From: Spizellomyces punctatus DAOM BR117
Lineage: Eukaryota
Reading direction: 5' to 3' (one strand)
NCBI GenBank assembly: GCA_000182565.2
Contig: KQ257450.1
DNA: 64,000 nucleotides
Of the stretch, positions 1 to 11,796 are shown one piece after another. A program made the translations under genes and the position numbers. A model generated the notes under the pieces. That model ran no database searches. It worked only from the letters and a program-made list of their open reading frames with translations, and was not told where the DNA came from. The first letter of the stretch is position 1, and each line of letters starts with the position of its first letter.

Positions 1-986
1 GGCGCTCAAATCAAAGAAGAGCTGGTGTGCAGCTGCTCCTTCGCTACGTTCACGGTCTAGTACTACAAGCCGGAAGAGTGAAGTATATGCCGTGCGCAGC
101 ATCTCGCATCCGTTATTATTGTCACCACGAAGCGATCCGTTGATTGGCAGTGGGAAATGGATGCGACGAACAAACTCAGCGTAGGGCCATAGCGTTCTGT
201 TGGCGCCTTGATTTATCAATGATAGGAAACAACGAGTGGATTCGACGGAGAGTAGATTGGGAGTGCGGTACAGGATCGGGATAGCACAGCGGTGCCATAA
301 ACGGCAGACAAGGGCGCACGTATGAATGTCACTCTGCTCAGGTAAGAACTTGAATATGTGGGGAAGGAGTTCGGGTGGCAAGACCGGGCTTCGTGGACTC
401 TTGGAGGGGGGAACCACCCCACTTTGTTTGCCGCTGTGCTTATCTTGTCTCAGGCTATCACAATTGGAATTTCTAGGAATGGAAGACTTCCAACTCTCTC
501 CCTGCTTCACCAACGCCAGGCGCTCAGCAATTCCCAACAACGCTGCCCACAAATTGGATTCTTTTGAACATTGTGGATGCGCTAGACACACCGTCAGTCC
601 TCGGAAAACTACCAGCAGTCTATGCGAGGCCATTTCACCTGGCCTATGGAACACAGCAGAAAGTCGCCAGTCATCAGAGCCGATTCCATATTCTGCGGTT
701 TCCAGAAGCCTGAGCCGGGACAAAACGCGGGGAGTTTCAGAAGTGCTACTGGGTCGAACGGGCATTGGGGGCATACCCGCATTATATCCTTAACTGCCCT
801 TTTACTGTTCACGTCATGACTCTCAACTTTGTAGGAAACAGATGCCCATAATGTGGCCTAGGCTTTAACCGCTGTTGACCAGTGATGCGGCATCTGTGTT
901 GAGTTCCGCTTAGGTCATCGTCCAGCACGTGAAATGGCTGGACAACGACGATCATTGTCCAACCTACTGCCCGCCCTTCGACAAAG

Positions 987-1916
987 ATGGAAGATGTGAC
1001 AGTCATAGATGAAAGCATCCCTCAGACTCAATACCAAGATAGTGCTGATAATGTAGGAAAAGGCATAAAAGAACCTTGTCCGGAACGGCGGCGTACTGTC
1101 CAAAGACGGAAACTCTCAAGCGGACGAGTGCGCGCATGCGAACGCAGAACATTCACACAAAGGCCAAAGCCCCCAGCTGAAGTTGACAAGGACAGTCCTC
1201 CGCCACTACCACCGCCACTACTGCCGCATCTTCTTAGCCAAGGTCAACCGTCACCAAGTCGATCCTCGACTTCTTTACACTTACCTATGTTCCGGCTGGC
1301 GACGAAGACGACTTCGACTGATACTGTCACCCGTGCAAACCTTCAGGGTTCATCATCAAGTCCACAAAATGGGATCAATCTGTACAAGCAATCAAGATTA
1401 TCTCATAATGCAATTCCAACACGTTCATCAATACCTTCCGAAGGGGAACGCGCACATGAAGTGCCCTCCGCAAAAAGCCCAAAAGCAGGCCAGTCGTTAA
1501 AGCAGAGGTCCGAAACACGATCTGCCATGCCACAGACGATGATCAAGTGTACCTCTGTAAATGCGACCATAGCGTTTCCAACAAAGATGCGAAATCCCCT
1601 TCTCCAGCGATTGATCAAAAATCCCGCGGCTAGCCCCGTCGCGACGAAGAAACCCGATCCCCCAAAAGGCAAATCAGGATTGTGTGAGGACTTTGTCAGA
1701 CGTGCGCCACTCTCCCCTGCCCGTCCAAATTGCCCTGGGAATCCATCCAGCATAACTGCTCCCGTAACCCCTGTATACCGCAAGACCAAGCTGATGGGGC
1801 TGGCGTTGGATGAGGCTTCAGATGACAAACGGCAACCAAAAAGGAAGCGATTGGAACTATGGCAAGCGGGAACCAATAGTACAAGGAAGGAAAAGGCGAC
1901 CTTTCGACTCTTCTAG
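987..1916 (+). CDS. Hypothetical Pro/Ser/Lys-rich, probably disordered protein; may have upstream exons
   Basis: 309-aa ORF with no recognisable domain; a GT-AG intron-like segment lies upstream (~341-453). Confidence 0.4.
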   Translation: MEDVTVIDESIPQTQYQDSADNVGKGIKEPCPERRRTVQRRKLSSGRVRACERRTFTQRPKPPAEVDKDSPPPLPPPLLPHLLSQGQPSPSRSSTSLHLPMFRLATKTTSTDTVTRANLQGSSSSPQNGINLYKQSRLSHNAIPTRSSIPSEGERAHEVPSAKSPKAGQSLKQRSETRSAMPQTMIKCTSVNATIAFPTKMRNPLLQRLIKNPAASPVATKKPDPPKGKSGLCEDFVRRAPLSPARPNCPGNPSSITAPVTPVYRKTKLMGLALDEASDDKRQPKRKRLELWQAGTNSTRKEKATFRLF

Positions 1917-2114
1917 TGATTGTTCATCTTTTGTAAATAGTAGATCTAGTTTCATCTGGATGGTGAACTCAATCTTGGTTTATCAGTATACCAAATAGAA
2001 AATATGGCCGCGATGCATCGGTCCATCCAATAAACATATAAAGTCGTGCACAAGCACAGTAAATTATTCGCATCAATTAATAACACTGCAAACTACGCCC
2101 CGAAAAATGGGTTA

Positions 2115-3236
2115 CTACATGATATTGCATTCCTGACCTCCAGGCCCCCCAGGAAGCTTGGGCATCCCATCCGCTCCAATTTCGAGACCAGGGGCAAGTT
2201 CCTGGAGTATTTCATCTGGTGGGTTGCCGCACTCTTGCATCTGCCAAAGAAGTAAGTTTCAATGCTGACTGATTGCCAAGCTTCCTATCACCCACCTTTT
2301 GCATCAGATCGGCAACTCTCTTCCCATCCTCTTCACTCGTCTCTGCCGTTGTTGAGGCATCGTAAATATGAACAATTTCCACGATATATTCGTGCTGCCT
2401 TCTATATTTCTCCATTTCCTCCTGTGAAAGCTTCGATTCGTTTGCTGCCAACCATTGGGGATACTGCAACGACACAATTAGCTTAATTCCAGAAACCTTC
2501 TCGACGACCCCTTTTCAGCTCACCTTCGTTGCCAAATCCTTCATTGGTTCATACAAAAGCTCCTTAGACATGAGCTGGTCCATTAATCCGCCAAACATGC
2601 CATCAAAGTCGCCTGAGCTCATCATCCCTTCTAATTCTTTCATCATCTGCTCCATTGCCTCCTCACTCATGCCTCCGGTAAGCGATGCCAGCTTTGCATC
2701 TTCTGCGACCTGTTGCTCAACCTTATCGGAACTATCTCGTAGTTTGTGCATAGTTTGTGCAATTGTCTCTTGGAAGGATTTTTGTTGGGTTGGTTTTGGT
2801 GCTGGCGTTCTTTCGGGGTTTAGTGCATCTCGCGATGACGATGGTTGTTGTTGACTGCTTTGCCCTGGCTCAGAGGCCACCTGTAGCTCCTTGAAGGTAT
2901 CTAGCAGTTTGGACATGGCATTGTTTATTTCGGGATTTGCGGCCTCTCCTTCTTCCCCAAAGCTCTCCTTAAAAAGCTGCTCCATATTTGAAGCAAGCTG
3001 TCGCGCAAAGTCGTCATCGAATCCCGTATCCGCGATAGCACTGGAACTGACTGAGGTTGAGGACACTGCAGGCTGGACGGGTGGTGGAGGAGCGGTGAAA
3101 TCGTCCAGGACATCTTTGTTGTAAACAGAGTCAGGTGCCTCCTAGAGGCTGCCTAATTTGCCCATGTAAATCGCAGAATCTTACCGTCCAGATACGAATC
3201 AAGGTCGTCTACGTTGTCGGTCGGTTTCGCTGCCAT
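2115..3236 (-). CDS. PEX19: Peroxisomal membrane protein import receptor Pex19 (multi-exon)
   Basis: N-term DDLDSYLD, core LMSKELLYEPMKDLATK..YPQWL, QMQECGNPP, C-terminal CaaX CNIM*. Confidence 0.95.
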
Positions 3237-3435
3237 TTTCTCACTTTGTAGGCCACGATCCGGACGGGTTTGCAGATGCCTTCCACACGTTGACACATCA
3301 ATTTGGCCGTGCTGTTGCCATGGCGATCTGATGATCATGATCTTGGGGTCGAGGCCGCATTCCTTCCCATCCATTCCTTCCACAACGATGCTAATGGTGA
3401 GTCGTGCGAGGTCCAAGTTGTCGAGCTGTACTGAG

Positions 3436-3552
3436 ATGTGCTGTGATGAATTACTTGGCGTGTCATCCGAGGCTTTCCGCACCCTGTCCTTCGGGACAGG
3501 TACTCAGTTACGCGGCTAGTCGATGAGGGGCGCGCAGGGGAACTGAGCATGT
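3436..3552 (+). ncRNA. Box C/D snoRNA with two guides complementary to U6 snRNA
   Basis: Box C GTGATGA 3443-3449, D' CCGA 3467-3470, C'-like TCGATGA 3520-3526, D CTGA 3543-3546, terminal stem ATGTGC/GCATGT, guides GCGTGTCAT and GCGCAGGGG; lies in a GT-AG intron 3397-3650. Confidence 0.85.
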
Positions 3553-4036
3553 TTTCACAACGTCGATTTGGATTGAAATAGGGATTAGCGAATGAAATGG
3601 GTCTAGAGCTGACATCTTTCCGTCGTTTTCTTTCAATTTTCTTGCTACAGAGGCCTACAAGTACCAGTTTTAGAACTCAGTTGACGCAGAGAGACGCATG
3701 TACCAGTCAATGCAAGGACAGGTAAGAAGGTAAAACTTCGATGTTGAAGACGATTCATCCGCTATGCGACACAGCAAGAATGGGGTATTGATCAGCCTAG
3801 AGAGCAATTTGTGGCAACAAAGCTGATTAGTCCACCATTGGTTTGGGGCTGTTATTCCTAGAAGATAGACGTAGTCAATCCGTTTGTGATGTATGGCGAC
3901 CTACTAGATATCAATAATACATGAGCTAGTTCACAAAAGAGAAGCAAATGAGGTCTCTGAGATCAGCAAACGCGAGGTTCACAAAACCAGCTAGGAGGTG
4001 ATCTCTTGAAATTTCACAACCAATCCACATGCCGCC

Positions 4037-5317
4037 ATGACATCCGAAGGTTAGATCCCTGTTGCCTATTTGTCAAAGGTCAACTCCTTAACTGTCCCTC
4101 TATAGAGAGCATAAACCTTCTTGCCGTCGTCATTGACACAAACCCAATAGCATGGGCAACCGCGGCGCAAGACTCTCGGTGCCCGCTAGACTTTGGTCGA
4201 GTCCTAGAGCAATTGCTTATTTTCATCAACGCCCACCTCGCCTTGCGGTTCGACAACGAGTTGGTGGTAATCGCCAGTCATACAAACCAGAGGTTCGTTG
4301 AGCAGTTTGCCGAAATCTCGTCTTTCGTTGCTCACTTTTGGCTCCCACACAGTCTCTTTCTTTACCCTCCACAACTGTCTGATACAGACCAACCACCAGA
4401 TGCTTCTTCCAAACCGGCCAATACATATAAGCAATTTTTCGATGTCAATCAAGCAGTCATTAAAACCTTGAAGGATTTAATTACCGAAAGCAAATCGCCC
4501 GAAGACGTTGATGGTATGGTTTGCTTGATATTATTATTATCATTCGTGAATGCTCACAGTTGCATGCACATAGATAAATCGATGCTTGCTGGTTCCCTCT
4601 CCCTAGCACAAACATGTATGTCTATCATTTGTCTTGTATGCCGAGCGTGAACCACATATGCAAACAAACCATTCTAAGATATCAATCGAATACGGCGAGC
4701 AAATGATCCAACGCCATTACAATCCCGAATCTTGATACTATCCGTCTCTCCTGACCTACCGTCTCAGTACGTCGCAACTATGAACTGCATATTTGCTGCT
4801 CAGAGAGTGGTAAGTGAAGGTCTTTCCAATAACTGCCCGACACGACAGTAACTTCATGAAATGCAGGGTACACGAATAGACGTTTGTCGCTTTCGTGGGA
4901 AGCACTATGGGGAGGAATCGGTGTTCCTTCCTCAAGCATGTCATCTCACAGGTGGACTTTACATGGAAATACCAGAAGCTGAAAACTTGCTTCAATACTT
5001 GCTGGTAAGTGCCCAAATGGGGAATTACGCTATCTGTCTCCATTCGTAACAGATCTCTTGCAGTATGCTTTTCTACCTGACCCGTATATGCGATCCGTCC
5101 TTTGTCTACCGGAAAAAGATCAAGTCGATTTTCGGGCTGCTTGCTTCTGTCATAAGACTGTGGTCGATGTCGGCTATGTATGCTCCGTATGTTTATCAAG
5201 TAAGGATTGCGATGTACCACTATCAGCCAACGTGTGATCAATGACCAGTCGATCTTAGTTTTTTGTAGTGTTTCCAAACAATGTCCTACATGCCAGACGC
5301 AATTCGGTGGGCAATAA
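4037..5317 (+). CDS. TFB4: TFIIH subunit Tfb4/p34 (multi-exon)
   Basis: LLAVVIDTNP, INAHLAL, QYVATMNCIFAAQ, VDFRAACFCH, GYVCSVCLS, CPTC zinc finger. Confidence 0.95.
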
Positions 5318-5664
5318 CTGTTCATTCCTAAGATATACTGCCGCCAAATGGCCTTCTACATGATCATCATATGTCAATAGAGGTAACAAATATAATGCGC
5401 GATTCAGCTTCTAAAAGCTCCTTATGAACTGGATCAATACCATGTGTTGTGCAACACCTCCCGCTGCTGCGACAGTTGCGGAACCAACTGCTCTTCACCA
5501 GTAGCGGCTGAGAGCCGATGAACACGACTCAGTTCAACTACTTAAAATTGGACATGCGTATATTACAAATGATCGAAGCTAGTGTTCGGACCCAGTAGGG
5601 CACTTGCAACCGAAGTGATTTCTACCATCCATCCCGCAACGTATTAAACCAATATAGACATCAG

Positions 5665-8251
5665 TTACCCTTTCCAGACAGGAGACTCCTTCAGTTGCTA
5701 CATTACGACGCTCATTAGTATGTAAGGGTAAGGATAAAGAAAATGATCTTTGCCTTACCCATCGGCCAGTACTTGTTTTTACAGTTGCAAGCTCGTGCAT
5801 AATTTTCATGTAGGTGGTTAGAGGAACCTCTTTCCCTAAAGCCACTCGAGTAGCCTCAATAGCATCCTTCTTCTGAACGATGTCTTGCCGCCGGAAAAGA
5901 TCCATGATGATGGGCCGATACTTTATAAACATGTCAGAAAAATACCTAATGCCGCAAAAGGGTCGCTGGAGCATACCGGATCAACTACGGGGTTGTTAAG
6001 CACTTTCCGGACCCAGTTTCCTTTGATTTCGGTGCATAACTCCTGCACAGCGTCACCGATTGCTTGAGGGCTTGCAGTTACGAGTAAGTTACCTTGCACA
6101 TCTGTAAGTACTCTGTTAGATGGTAAATAAGAATCTCGCGTAAATAAAAGGCTATACCTGATTCCTTAGCGCGGGCATACACTGCTTTCGTGATGTACTC
6201 CAAAGAAAGCAGGTGATGTGCAGATAATAGGTGCCCAATGAAATGCTTAAGTTGGTCCTCCACTGTACCCAACTCCATTGGCATGTCTGATTATTCGTCA
6301 GATCAGCTTTAATGCGTGGTTCTTGGCACGGCTTTCCCAGTCACCCTTACCTTTAGCTATTGACTTTCCATTCATGATGACGCCCTTTCCCGCTTTGAAT
6401 GGGGCAGTTCCAGAGCTGAGTACCTGCTGGGCTCTGCATTGCTGGGCGTAAACACCTGAGCTGTAGCGTCCCCCACTGCACACACTAACCTCACTGCCTC
6501 TTCTTGCACGACAGACGCTTGTTCCATTACAAGAGCCTGGTACCTGTCAAAAGGAAGACGTGTCTGAATTTAGTTTCCTTCTAGAAACATCATTATCATT
6601 CACGCAATTCCTACCGCATCAAGAAGTTCTCATCAATCCCTACTTTCAACGACCATCCCTTGGAAGGCTCCAACACCGCAATCTCCGAAAGCATACTAGT
6701 AGCCATCGCGCCGGGTAATCTCGTAGCTTCAGCAAACTCGCTACGACTGACATGTGACGAAAGCTGGAACATGTACAAGAGCCATCGCCGAGCTTCCAAG
6801 GCACGTCCACTATATAGCAGCTCACTATGCCACAGGTCAGCGGAGCTTCTCCAGATGGAGTTGGCCATTAACGCTCACCTTCGGACGATCCATGTACCTC
6901 TCACCAACACAGCCGCTTGACTCAATGCCTGTAATGCATCTGTTTCGTCAAAAGAATCTCCTAGCAACTCCATGACTGTGCTAAACTGAACGATATGGGC
7001 TGTTCCGTACATTGAGGTCATATTCATATGGATGGACCTAACTCATCAACGCACCATTCATAAGAAGCGCTTTCATCTTGTCTTTGAGAGGAAGTAGGCC
7101 AATTTCTTTAAGTGTGAAGCCCTGCTTCAGCTGTACATCCTGCTGGTCCAATCTGTCCAGCAGATTTTAACCGTAGTGGCGGCATCGTTCATATGATTAT
7201 CAAAACTAACCTGATTGCAGTGATACTTGGGTTGATTTCGTCCAGATACTCTTTACCGGTTCCAACGAAGTCCACATCGGAGGGCGACAAGGAATACAAC
7301 TTGCTGACCATCAAACGAGATTCCTCGGACTAGTTGATTGTCAGAAATGGATCAAATGACGCGGACCGACACAGCGCCTAACAGTGCGCACCTGTGAGTG
7401 ATGGATTGATAATGGCAGCCAGGGTTCTTCCTCCGCTTTCCTCTGCAGCTCCGCCTGAGCGGCCTTTCTGATGGCATCCTTATCATCCGGTCCTTTGATC
7501 ACGACCTGACAACTGTTATCATGAACCTGCGTGCTGACAGCAAGTCCGGTGCACCCGACTTACCGAAAGCACCTTCGCCTCTTCCTCGTACTCTGGATTT
7601 GCCCTCTTATTAGCTTCAAGAGAATCTTCTTCATATCGCTTGGCTTGCTTTTCTGCAATTTTATCAATGTAGAATAGACTGGGTCGTAATTGTAAAGAGG
7701 TTGCGATTGGTGTCAGGTGAAGTTCGTCTGCAGAACAAATAAATCCATCAGCCTTCTTCTCTAAGTATATGGACGCCAGCATATTGCTGTGTACCATTTC
7801 TAATTAGGCCAATCATGTAGTTTGCATGAGAGGGCAATATTGATGAGCTTAAGGTTTGTTTATCGAGTAGTTTTGCGGGTGTGCCATCATCATAATCAAA
7901 GACCCCTCGAATTGGAGCATTATCGGTGCCCTGTCCTAGCTCCTCTCCTCGCTCTCGGTTGTAAAACGCACTCCTCGTCTGCAATGGTATCTCAAGCTCG
8001 AACCGCTTCGTTTTCGGCTTTATTCTTCCAGTCGACGGTCGTGTCTCTTCATCGAAAGCGTGTGGTCGTGTAGGATACTGGAAAAGGTACAAGGAGTCCG
8101 CCAATGCTTGGGAAAAGTATACATCCACTTCTTTTACAATCTCGTCCTCCTCTTCGTCCTCCTCGTCCTCCCCTTCTGCATCAGCTTCATTTTCTAGATC
8201 CATCCCATCCTCCTCATAGTCTGCCAGCTGCTGGGGATCGAATAGCTCCAT
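5665..8251 (-). CDS. RPC5: RNA polymerase III subunit RPC5/Rpc37 (Sin-like; multi-exon)
   Basis: EIVKEVDVYFSQALADSLYLFQYPTRP, ELHLTPI..LQLRPSLFYID. Confidence 0.9.
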
Positions 8252-8445
8252 GAAATGTTCACCTCAACGCCGACGACTCAAGGAGGATTTGTCTCCACAA
8301 ATCGGAAAGGAAATGTAGGCAACTGTGAGATCTAATGGTTGAGACCTATCGGTAATACCATGGCAACAAGCTGTATCCCATCAAGGCTTACCCAAGCAAG
8401 CAGACCCAAAGACCGCAATATCCTCGGCTCAGCTCTTGGACCTCC

Positions 8446-9810
8446 ATGGCAGACATAAATCGGGTTCGCAAGTCACGCTCTTCATCAGCAGACCCTAACT
8501 CGAACGAAGAAATACAAATTTGGTCACAGCTCTGCCAGGCATTGTGGAGTTTGAAGAACAAAATAGAGGAGGCCGAACCTCAAGTGGCCAGATACAATAG
8601 AGTCAACCAGAAGATCGCCTCCCGAGGACAAGGTACAGAACCTGTCACGAAGCGTATTTGAGAGGACTAGTTGGACTCTATATGCTTTTCGGCACTAAAA
8701 CCCTTTCGACACGTTGAAATGTTAATAGAGGGTAAAGAATTCAACGCATCAGCAAAACTCAAAGTTTCTGGTGTATATGAGAAAACGAGTACTGGTCTCG
8801 AGGAAGAAAAATCGTACGTGATCATAAGTATCATATTTCGCTTCTTACACCGACTCATTTGGCATCTTCATCTAACTTGATGTTTTCTTGACGTCCGGTC
8901 CTTCCATAGAGCCCTTGCCTTTGCTCTTCAGCACTTGGAAATCTTGGCCGCATTACGAGACGCAACAGAGAATGGTATGGAAAATTCGGCATGTCATATA
9001 AGAATGGTGCTATATGCCTAGGCTAATGCTATATCATTGCAGGTACCGAAAAGCAAGAGCGGCGAAAGAAGCGGAAGGTAGATGAGAAACCAAAGGGATC
9101 CCCCGCTCCTGTAAAGAAAGCGAAAGCGTAAGCTCTAACATTAAGTCAGTTGCATCATTCGCTACGCCGCTGACGTTAAACCCACTTATCAAAGGGGAGG
9201 TGATGGTGCGCCAGAGAGAATATTACCACTTGAGCATCAGGTAAGACTGCAACTTGTCTTATACCCCGTTTGCATAAGTGACTGACCCCGTACCCAGGTG
9301 GTTGTGCGTCCCATGGGTGGTCAAGATTGGCTGTTGGGAGTGGTGAAACGATGGATACCAGAAAAAGGAAAGTACGAAATCGAAGACGCTGAAGATGACG
9401 AGTTTGCTCCCGGAAAGCGAAAGTAAGATTCAAGGCAAATGCATATCTGACACGAAAAGGTCTTGATGGAAGTACATTGCACTTCATAGGCGGTTCCTTT
9501 TTACCCCGCGAGCTGTCCATCCTATTCCCACACCACAGGATATAGCAAAACGCCCTGTATTCCAAAAGGGCCACGAGGTTCTAGCTCTGTTTCCTGGGAC
9601 AAGTTGCTTCTATCAGGCCAAGGTCGAGAGTCCATCTAATAAGGTAAAGGCGGGTAGTCACAGGTGTCATGCTATGTGGATCTAAAATGACATCTTCATC
9701 GCCACTACCAGGGAGGCGATTATATGTTAAAGTTTGTAGATGACGATGATCGATCACGTCCGGTAGCCCCCACATTCGTGCTAGATATGCCAAAAGATGT
9801 GGATGAATAG
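8446..9810 (+). CDS. SGF29: SAGA-associated factor 29, double Tudor (multi-exon)
   Basis: DWLLGVVKRW..YEIEDAED, GHEVLALFPGTSCFYQAKV, YMLKFVDDD. Confidence 0.9.
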
Positions 9811-9953
9811 CGACAAGCCGTCGATGCGATAACTCGCACGGGCATTATTGTAGTAGCAGTAATAGCGACACCAAAATTTTGTATATATTACGATCAGGAA
9901 ATAGAGCCTGTTATCTGTTCCAAGCAAGAAACAAGTTTTCCATTCATTCTCTT

Positions 9954-11497
9954 TCATCGTTGCACCAGCCGCTCAAATTGCTCATAAAGATCGCGATGCT
10001 TCTCTCCGAAAAGACGAGATAAACTATCCAGTGTACGAACGCGGTTTTGTTCACGATTATTATATCTGTTGAGGAGGGCATTTAAGTTTCTGAATGCAGA
10101 TGGGAGCGCAACCTCCATCCTGACTTACGCCTTTACATTCCAAAGCAAGGTTGTGAACTGAAATTAGAAAAGCAGAGATGTATTGGTTGGCGCATACTAA
10201 CTTTGTTTGCAGAAATGTTCTATTCATACCTCATCGTAAGATAAAGTCGCTCTCGCTTTCCGGAAAAATTCTCTGCCATCCACGGCACCAGTTACGCTGT
10301 GCTCATTGCTGGTATGTATGCTCGAATTAGCGGCAGGATGACCTGTCACTGCGATTGGTGACGGGGGATCTCCGTTTGGAGTTGAAGGGTTGCCACCCGT
10401 ATCAATGCCCGTAAAGCTGACTCCAGCTGATTTGCGCTTTTCCTGCTGCTGTGGCTGCTGTTGGTAGGCCGCCGTGGTTGAGTGTCGCGCTGACCCAGAT
10501 GTGGGTCCAGGAGGGAGACCGGTTACTTTTCGGAGGTTATCCGCGGAGGATGCATGTTTAAGTGTGCGCTGTGGCGAGGTGGAAATATTCGAGAGGACGT
10601 CCTCTACATGGCTGCGTTCGATAATACGTATAGTAGTCGGAAATCGCCGTTAATTCTAAGAAACGTCTGTTCTCCTTACCGGTCGGTCGCAATTTGACTA
10701 GTTGGGCTGTGGGTAAATAGACGGCTCGTATGGTCACCAATAACTGCACGATATTGTAAGCACGACGGTAATACGCATTTTCTACACATCCGATACATAC
10801 ACGAGTTTTCATGATTGATGTGTTCTGGCAATCCAGCGTTCTAACAACAATGAATCGTCATCAGTTCGTCCGATCATTTGCGAAGGAACGGTTCAACATT
10901 TGCTGTGCCCACAAGACGCAAATATATCCTCTAGGTACTCACGTCCAACTCAATGCCATGTGTACTTGCAGTGGCTACTCTATTGTTTCCCCCAATGCGG
11001 CCAACACTCAAGGTACTCGTTCCAAGTGTACTCAACCCGGCGACCCGGTATCCATCAGATAAACTTATGTTCACGTCCGTGTCATCCGCCAACGACTCCA
11101 TCACACTCTGCTTGAAGCTGGCCAACTTGGCCACTGCTCGAGACATCTCAGCCATCCGCTTGTCCGCTCGACCCAGCTGCAGTTCGAGTGTTTGCATGCG
11201 AGCGGTCAAATCCTGTCGAAATTAATGCTATATAAGACAATCCCCAATATGTGAGGATATGATACATAGTGTTTGGATATGCTCATTCCAACCTTCACTT
11301 CAGAATCCTTCATGCCCAAATTTTCTCGCAATACTTTAATTTCTTCATCTTTAGCAGCGATCTGGGTAATAGCAGGACTCTCAGGATTGGAATAAAGATA
11401 TACATTTCGAATAGAAATCTATCGTTACCCTTTTTGAGTAGGACTCTCTAATCAAACGAATCCCCGCCTCAAAATCTTGGTCAAAAGGCGTCGACAT
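9954..11497 (-). CDS. Coiled-coil protein with a C-terminal domain resembling plant At4g15545-like proteins (multi-exon)
   Basis: VAKLASFKQSVMESLADD; C-term DGREFFRKARATLSYDEFTTLLWNVKAYN..LFGEKHRDLYEQFERLV. Confidence 0.7.
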
Positions 11498-11796
11498 AGT
11501 CCTGTCCTGTTCTCAAGGTACCGACTCGTCGCCCACAGGGTGTCAGATTCGATGCTTTTCACTTCAGCAGCTCTAGAGAGAGGATTTCCCGGGCTGTTTG
11601 CTCAACTTTCGGAACAGCTGGAATTATGCATATAAGCATAGTGGGCCCTGCCAGGGCAAGTTGAGGATGCTGCTGTCAAAGCGACCCCAAGTTATACTGT
11701 CAACGGGATAGCTTACGCAGCATCTCACGTGAGCAAGACCGCGTCTCCGCTTATCCCTCGTCTGCAATTCTTGTAGATTCCTCGCTGGTCGTCAGA

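Noticed and set aside
3380-3560. U4 snRNA (also complementary to U6)
   Set aside because: The U6-complementary blocks are in the wrong order, no Sm site is evident, and both blocks sit directly upstream of D/D' boxes as snoRNA guides do
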